64,000 bases of DNA from the human T2T-CHM13v2.0 reference genome, Homo sapiens. Below the pieces are notes generated by a model that saw nothing but the letters and a program-made list of their open reading frames with translations, did not search any database and was not told the origin of the DNA. A program made the position numbers and the translations under genes. The DNA lies in the NCBI RefSeq assembly GCF_009914755.1, contig NC_060931.1. One strand, 5' to 3'. This document shows, in pieces, positions 57,701-64,000 of this stretch (positions are counted from its first letter, which is position 1; each line of letters opens with the position of its first letter).

Positions 57701-58639
57701 GAAATGTTTACCTCTGTGAGATGAATGCACACTTCACTAAGCACTTTCTCAGAATGTTTCTTTCTAGTTTTTATCTAAAGGTATTTTCTTTTTCACCATT
57801 GGCATCCAAGAGCTCCCAAATATGCCATCACAGATCCTTCAAAAACAGTGTTTCCAAATGCTAAATGAAAAGAAATGTTAACATATCATAAAGCAGTTTT
57901 TCAGATAGCTTCATTCTAGTTTTTGTCTTTGTATTTTCACTTTTTTGCAATTCACCTCAATGAGATCCCAAATATCCATTCACAGAAAGTACAAAAACAG
58001 TGTTTACAAACAGCTGAATCAAAAGAAAGTTTTACATCTCATAGATGAATGCAAAAACAACAAAGCAGTTTCTCAGAAAACTTCTTTCTAGTTTTTATTT
58101 GGAGATATTTTCTTTATCCACATAGGCCTCAAAACACACCCAAGTATTCCTTCGCAGATACTACAAAAACAGGGTTTCCAAATTGCTGAATGAAGAGAAA
58201 GGTTTACTTCAGTGAGATGAATACACATCAAAAAGCAGTTCCTCAGACACCGTTTTTCTAATTTTTATCCTAGGATATTCTCTTTTTCACCATTGTCCTG
58301 AAAGAGCTCCTAACTGTCCATTCTCCGAATGGACAAAACCATGTTTCTAAACTGCTGAATGAAAAGAAACTTATACCTCTGTGGGAAGAATTGACACATC
58401 ACAAAGCATTTTCTCTGGTAGCTTCCTTTTAGTTTTTATCCTGGGATATGCACTTTTTCACTATTGGCCTCAATAAGCTGTCAAATATCCATTGGCAGAA
58501 TGGACAAAAACAGTGTTTCCAAACTCCTGAGTGAAAAGACAGGTTTAACTCTGTGAGATGAATGCACACATCACAAAGCCGTTTCTCAGATAGCTTCTTT
58601 CTAGTTTTTATCCTGGGATATTTGCTTTTTCTCCACTGA

Positions 58640-59190
58640 CTTCAATGAGTTTTCAAATGTCTATTCACAGAATGGACAAAAACAGTTTTTGAAAACTGCT
58701 ATATCAAAAGAAAGGTTTAACTCTGTGGAATGAATGCACACATCACAAATCAGTTTCTCAGAAAGCTTCCACCTAGTGTTTATCTGAAGGTATTTTATTT
58801 TTCACCATAAGTCTCAATGCACTGTGAAACAACCTTTCAGATATTCTACAAAAACAGTGTTTCAGAACTGCTGAATGAAAAGTACGTTATAACTCTGAGA
58901 GTTGAATGCACACCAAACAAGACAGTTTTTCAGATAGCTTCCTTCTAGTTTTTATCCTGAGATATTCACTTTTTCTTCATTGGCCTCAATGAGTTTTCAA
59001 ATGTCTATTCACAGAATGGACAAAAACAGTTTTTGAAAACTGCTGAATTAAAAGAAAGGTTTAACTCTCTGGAACGAATGTGCACATCACAAATCAGTTT
59101 CTCAGAAAGCTTCCATCTAGTTTTTATCTGAAGGTATTTTATTTTTCACCATAGGCCTCAATGCACTCCGAAATTGCCCTTCAGAGATTC
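58640..59190 (-). repeat. Tandem duplication of a 344-bp dimer
   Basis: GAGTTTTCAAATGTCTATTC..TTTTTGAAAACTGC..CAAATCAG..GAAGGTATTTTATTTTTC at 58647 and 58991. Confidence 0.88.
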
Positions 59191-62100
59191 TTAAAAAAGC
59201 AGTGTTTTCAAACTGCTGAATCAAAAGAAAAGTTTAACTCTTCAAGATTAATGCACACCTAGGAAAGCTGACTCTCAAATAGCTTCATGTAGTTTTTATC
59301 GTGGCATATTTTCTGTTTTGTAGTTGGCCTCAATAAGCTGCAAAATGTCCATTTGCAGAATGGACAAAAACAGTGTTTCCAATCTGCTGAATAAAAACAA
59401 AGGTTTAACTCTGTGGGATGAATGCACACATCACAAAGCAGTATCTCAGAAAGATTCTTTCTAGTTTTTATCTGAATTTACTTTCTTTTCCACTGTAGTC
59501 CTCATTGTGCTCCCAAATATGTCTTCGCAGATTCTACAACAACAGTGTTTCCAAACTGCTGAATGAAAAGAAAAATTTAATTCTGTGAGATGAATGCACA
59601 ATTTACAAGTGGTTTCTCAGATAGCGTCCTTCTAGTTTTTATCCTGAGATATTAACTTTTTTGCCAGCCTCAAGGAGCTTTCAAAAGTCTATTCACAGAA
59701 TTGACAGAGACAGTGTTTCTAAACTGCTGAATCAAAAGAAAGGGTTCACTCTGTGAGATGAATGCCCACATCACAACACAGTTTCACAAAAACTTTCCGT
59801 CTGGCTTTAACCTGAACATATTTTCTTTTTCACCATAGGCTTAAATGCACTCCCAATTATTCCTTCTCAGATTTGAGAAAAACAGTGTTTCCAAACTGTT
59901 GAATGAAAGAAAGGTTTATCTCCATGAGATGGAAGCCCACATCACAGAGCACTTTCTCTAATAGTTTCCTTCTTGTTTTTCTCCTGGGATACTCGCCTTT
60001 TCGCCATTGGCCTCAATCTGCTCCCAAATGTCCATTCACAGAATGGACACAAACAGTGTTTCCAAACTGTCGAATGAAAAGAAACATTTAACTCAGCGTG
60101 ATGAATGGACGCAACACACAGCAGTTTCTCAGCATGCTTCTTTCTAGTTTTTATTTGAATATACTTTCTTTTTCACCATAGGCTGCAATGTGCTCCCAAA
60201 TATCCCTTTGCAGATTCTTCAAAAACAGTGTTTCCAATCTGCTGAATGAAAATAAAGGTTTAAATCTGTGAGGTGAAAGCACATATCACAAAGCAGTATC
60301 TCAGAGACCTTCCTTCTGTTTTTTATCCTGGGATATTTGCTTTTACTCCATTGGCCTTACTGAGTTCCTAAATGTCCATTCACAGAATGGACAAAAATAG
60401 TGTTTCCAAACTACTTAATGAAAAGAAAGGTTTAACTCGGTGAGATGAATGCACACATCACAAAGGGGTGTCTCAGGTAGCTTCTTTTTAGTTGTTATCT
60501 GAAGATATTTGCTTTTTCACTATAGGCTGCTATGTTCTCCCAAATATACTTTTGCAGTTTCTACAAAAACAGGGTTTCCACACTCCTGAATGAAAAGAAT
60601 TGTTTAGCTCTGTGAGATGAATGCATGTATCAGAAAGCAGTTTCTCAGAAAGCTTCTTTCTAGTTTTTATCTGAATATATTTTCTTTTTCACCATAGTAC
60701 TTAAAGTGCTCCCGAATATCCCTTTGCAAGTTTTACAAAAACCGTGTTTCCTAATTGCTGAATGCAAAGAAAGTCTTATCTCTGCCAGGTGAATGCATAC
60801 ATCACAAGGCAGTTTCTCAGATCATTTCCTTCTAGTTTTTATTTTGGGATATTCACTTTTTTACCATTGGCCTCAATGAGCTGCTAAATGTCCATTCAGA
60901 GAATGGACATAAACAGTGTTTCCAAACTGCTGAATCAAAACAAAGTTTTAACTCTGTGAGGTGAATTCGCACATCACAAAGCCGTTTCTCACAAAGCTTC
61001 TTTCTAGTTTTCATCTGAACATATTTTCTACTTCACCATAGGCCTCAATGTGCTCCCAAGTATACTTTCACACATTCTACAAAAACAGTGTTTCCAACTG
61101 CTGAATCAAAAGAAAAGTTTAACTCTGTGACATAAATGTACACATCACAATATGGTTTCTTTGATAGCTCCATTCTTGTTTTTATCCTGAAATATTATTT
61201 TGTTCATCACTGGCCTAAATGACCCCCAAATGTCCATTCACAAAATGGACAAAAACAGTTTTTCCAAAGTGCTGAATCAAAAGAAATTTTTACCTGTGTG
61301 AGATGAATGCACACATCACAAAGCAGTTTTTCACAAAGGTTCTTTCTAGATTTTATCTGAAGTTATTTTCTTTTTCACCATAATCCTCAAAGTACTCCCA
61401 AATATCTCTTCTCAGATTTTACAAAACTGTTTCCAAACTGCTGAATCAAAAGAAAGGTTTATCTCTTATAAGTGAATACATACATCACAGATCAATTTCT
61501 CACATAGCTTCCTACTATTTTTTACCCTTGGATATTTCCTTTTTTGAAATTGGCATCAATGACCTCCAAAATGTCCATTCAAAGAAAGGACAAAAACAGT
61601 GTTTGCAAACTTCTCAATCAAAAGAAATATTTATATCTGTGAGATGAATGGAAGCATCACAAAGCAGTTTCTCAGAAAGAGACTTTCTAGTTTTTTCTTA
61701 AGATATATACTTTTTCATATATGTCAATGTGCTCCCAAATATCTCTTCTCAGATTCTATAAAAACAGTGTTTCCAAACTGGTAAAAGAAAAGAAAATTTT
61801 CACTGTGAGATGAATGCACACATCACAAAGCAGTTTCTCAGCTAGGTTCCTTTGAGGTCTTATCCTTGGATAAAGGTGAAAAGGAGGCTTTTTCACCATT
61901 GGCCTCCAGGAGCTCCAAAATATTCTTTTGTAGGATGGACAAAAGCAATGTTTCCAAACTGCTGAAGGAAAAGAAAGATTTAACTCTGTGAGATGAATAC
62001 ATGCAACACATTGTGGTTTGTCAGATACCTTCCTCCCAATTTTTATCTGGAATCTTCAGTATTTTGCCTTTGGCCTCATTGACCTCCAAAATGTCCATTC

Positions 62101-64000
62101 ACAGAATGGACATAAACTGTGTTTTCAAACTGCTATATCAAAAGAAATGTTTAACTATGTGAGATGAATGCACACGTGACAAAGTGGTTTCTCAGGTGGC
62201 TTCCTTCTAGCTTTTATCCTGAGAAATTTGCTTTTTTGCTATAGGCTTCAATGAGCTCCAAAATTTCCACTCACTAATTGGACAAAAACTGTGTTTCCAA
62301 ACTGCTGAATCAAAAGACAGTTTTAACTCTATGAGATGAATGAACACATCACAATGCAGTTTCTCAGAAAGTTTCTTTCTAGTTTTTATCTAAAGATAAT
62401 TTCTTTTTCACTGTAGTCCTCATTGTGCTCCCAAATATCCTTTCATAGATACTACAAAAACAGTGTTTCAAAAATGTTGAATGAAAAGAAAGGCTTATCT
62501 CTGCAAGATAAATGCCCATGAATTAAAGGGGTTTCTAAGATAGCTTCCTTCAAGTTTTTTTTTTTTTTTTTTCCCTTGAGACATTCGCTTTTTTGCCATT
62601 GACAACAATGTGCTCCCAAATGTCCATTTTCAGAATGGGCAAAAACAGTGTATCCAAACTGCAGAATGAAAAGAAAGGTTTCACTCTGTGAGATGAATGC
62701 TGGCACCACAAAGTGATGTGTGAGATAGATTCCTTCAAGTTTTTATCCTGGGATATTCCGTTTTTCTCCTTTTGCCTCAATGATCTCTGAAATGTCCATT
62801 CACAAAATGGACAACAACAGTTTTTCCAAACTGCTGAATCAAAAAAAGTTTAGCTCTGTGAGATGAATGCACACATCACAAATTAGTTTCTCAGAAAGCT
62901 TCTTTCTAGTTTTTGTCTGAAGATATTTCGTTTTTCACCATTGGGCTCAATGAACTCAAAAATATGACTTTGCAGATTCTACAAAAACACTGTTTCCAAA
63001 CTGGTGAATGAAAAGAAACTTTTAAGACTGTGAGATGATGGCACACATCACATAGCAGTTTCTCAGATACCTTCCTTCTAGTTTTTATCCTGGGTTATTC
63101 ACTTTTTTGCCATTGGCCTAAATGAGCCCCCAAATGTCCATTAGCAGAATGGACAAAAACAGTGTATCCAAACTGGTGAATCAAAAAAAGTATTAACTCT
63201 GTGAGATGAATGCACACATCAAAATGCAATTTCTCAGAAAGCTTCTTTCTAGTTTTTATCTGAAGATATTTTCTTTTACACCATAGGCCTCAATGTGCTC
63301 TAAAATATCCCTTTGCAGATCCTGTAAAAACCGTGTTTCCAAACTGTTGAAGGAAAAGAAATGTTTAATTTTGTGAGATGAATGTACACATCATAAATCC
63401 ATTTCTCAGATAGCTTATTTCTAGTTTTTATCCTCAGTTATTCACTTTTTTGCCATTGACCTCAATGAGCTCCCAAATACCCATTTACAGAATGAACACA
63501 AACAGTGATTCCAAACTGCTGAATCAAAAGAAAGCTTTAAATCAGCGAGATCAGTGCACTCACCACAGAGTGGTTTCTCAGATAGCTTCCTTCTAGTTTT
63601 TACCCTGGTATATACACCTTTTCATGTGTGCCTTAATGAACTCCCAAATGTCCATTCACAGAATGGACAAAAACAGTGTTTCCAAACTGCTGAATCAAGA
63701 TAAATGTTTATCTCTGTAAGATGAATGCATACATGACAAAGCAGTTTCTCAGAAAGATTTTTCTAGCTTTTATCTGAAGACATATTCTTTCCCACTTTAG
63801 ATCTCAATGTGCTCCCAAATACGCCTTTGCAGATTCTTCAAAAACAGTGTTTCCACACTGATAAATAAAAAGAAAATTTTAATTCTGAGAGATACATGCA
63901 CACATCACAAAGCAGTTTCTCAGAAAATGTCTTTCTAATTTTTATCTGAAGATATATTCTTTTTTCATCACAGGACTCAATGCACCCCCAAATATCCCTT

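Overview
Primate pericentromeric heterochromatin, almost certainly human (L1HS pre-Ta, AluYa5 and AluYb8 diagnostics). About 56 kb is divergent alpha satellite with no recognisable CENP-B boxes. It is built from two alternating ~171-172 bp monomer types (an irregular ~343 bp dimer, typical of an ancient 'dead' centromeric layer), and the array flips orientation at ~9,097. Six retrotransposon insertions interrupt it: an old L1PA 3' fragment (5.9 kb), a 197-bp L1HS pre-Ta 3' fragment (22.3 kb), a full-length L1HS pre-Ta (24.0-30.1 kb; ORF1 and ORF0 intact, ORF2 disabled), an AluYa5 (34.0 kb), an AluYb8 (52.2 kb) and a 5'-truncated L1PA2 (53.6-54.8 kb). I see no host gene and no new protein-coding system; the many short ORFs are satellite artefacts. 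The interesting signals are structural. (i) One short stretch of the monomer (CTTCTAGTTTTT/AT) hosts three independent retro-insertions, the inversion breakpoint and a snap-back repair scar. (ii) One monomer type carries a 9-bp hairpin whose ancestral loop is C-GCA-G. (iii) Two pre-Ta L1s lie 1.55 kb apart. (iv) Nested fossil tandem duplications of 1 to ~19 monomers are hidden in seemingly monomeric satellite. Subfamily calls use consensus sequences recalled from memory and need RepeatMasker/Dfam confirmation.
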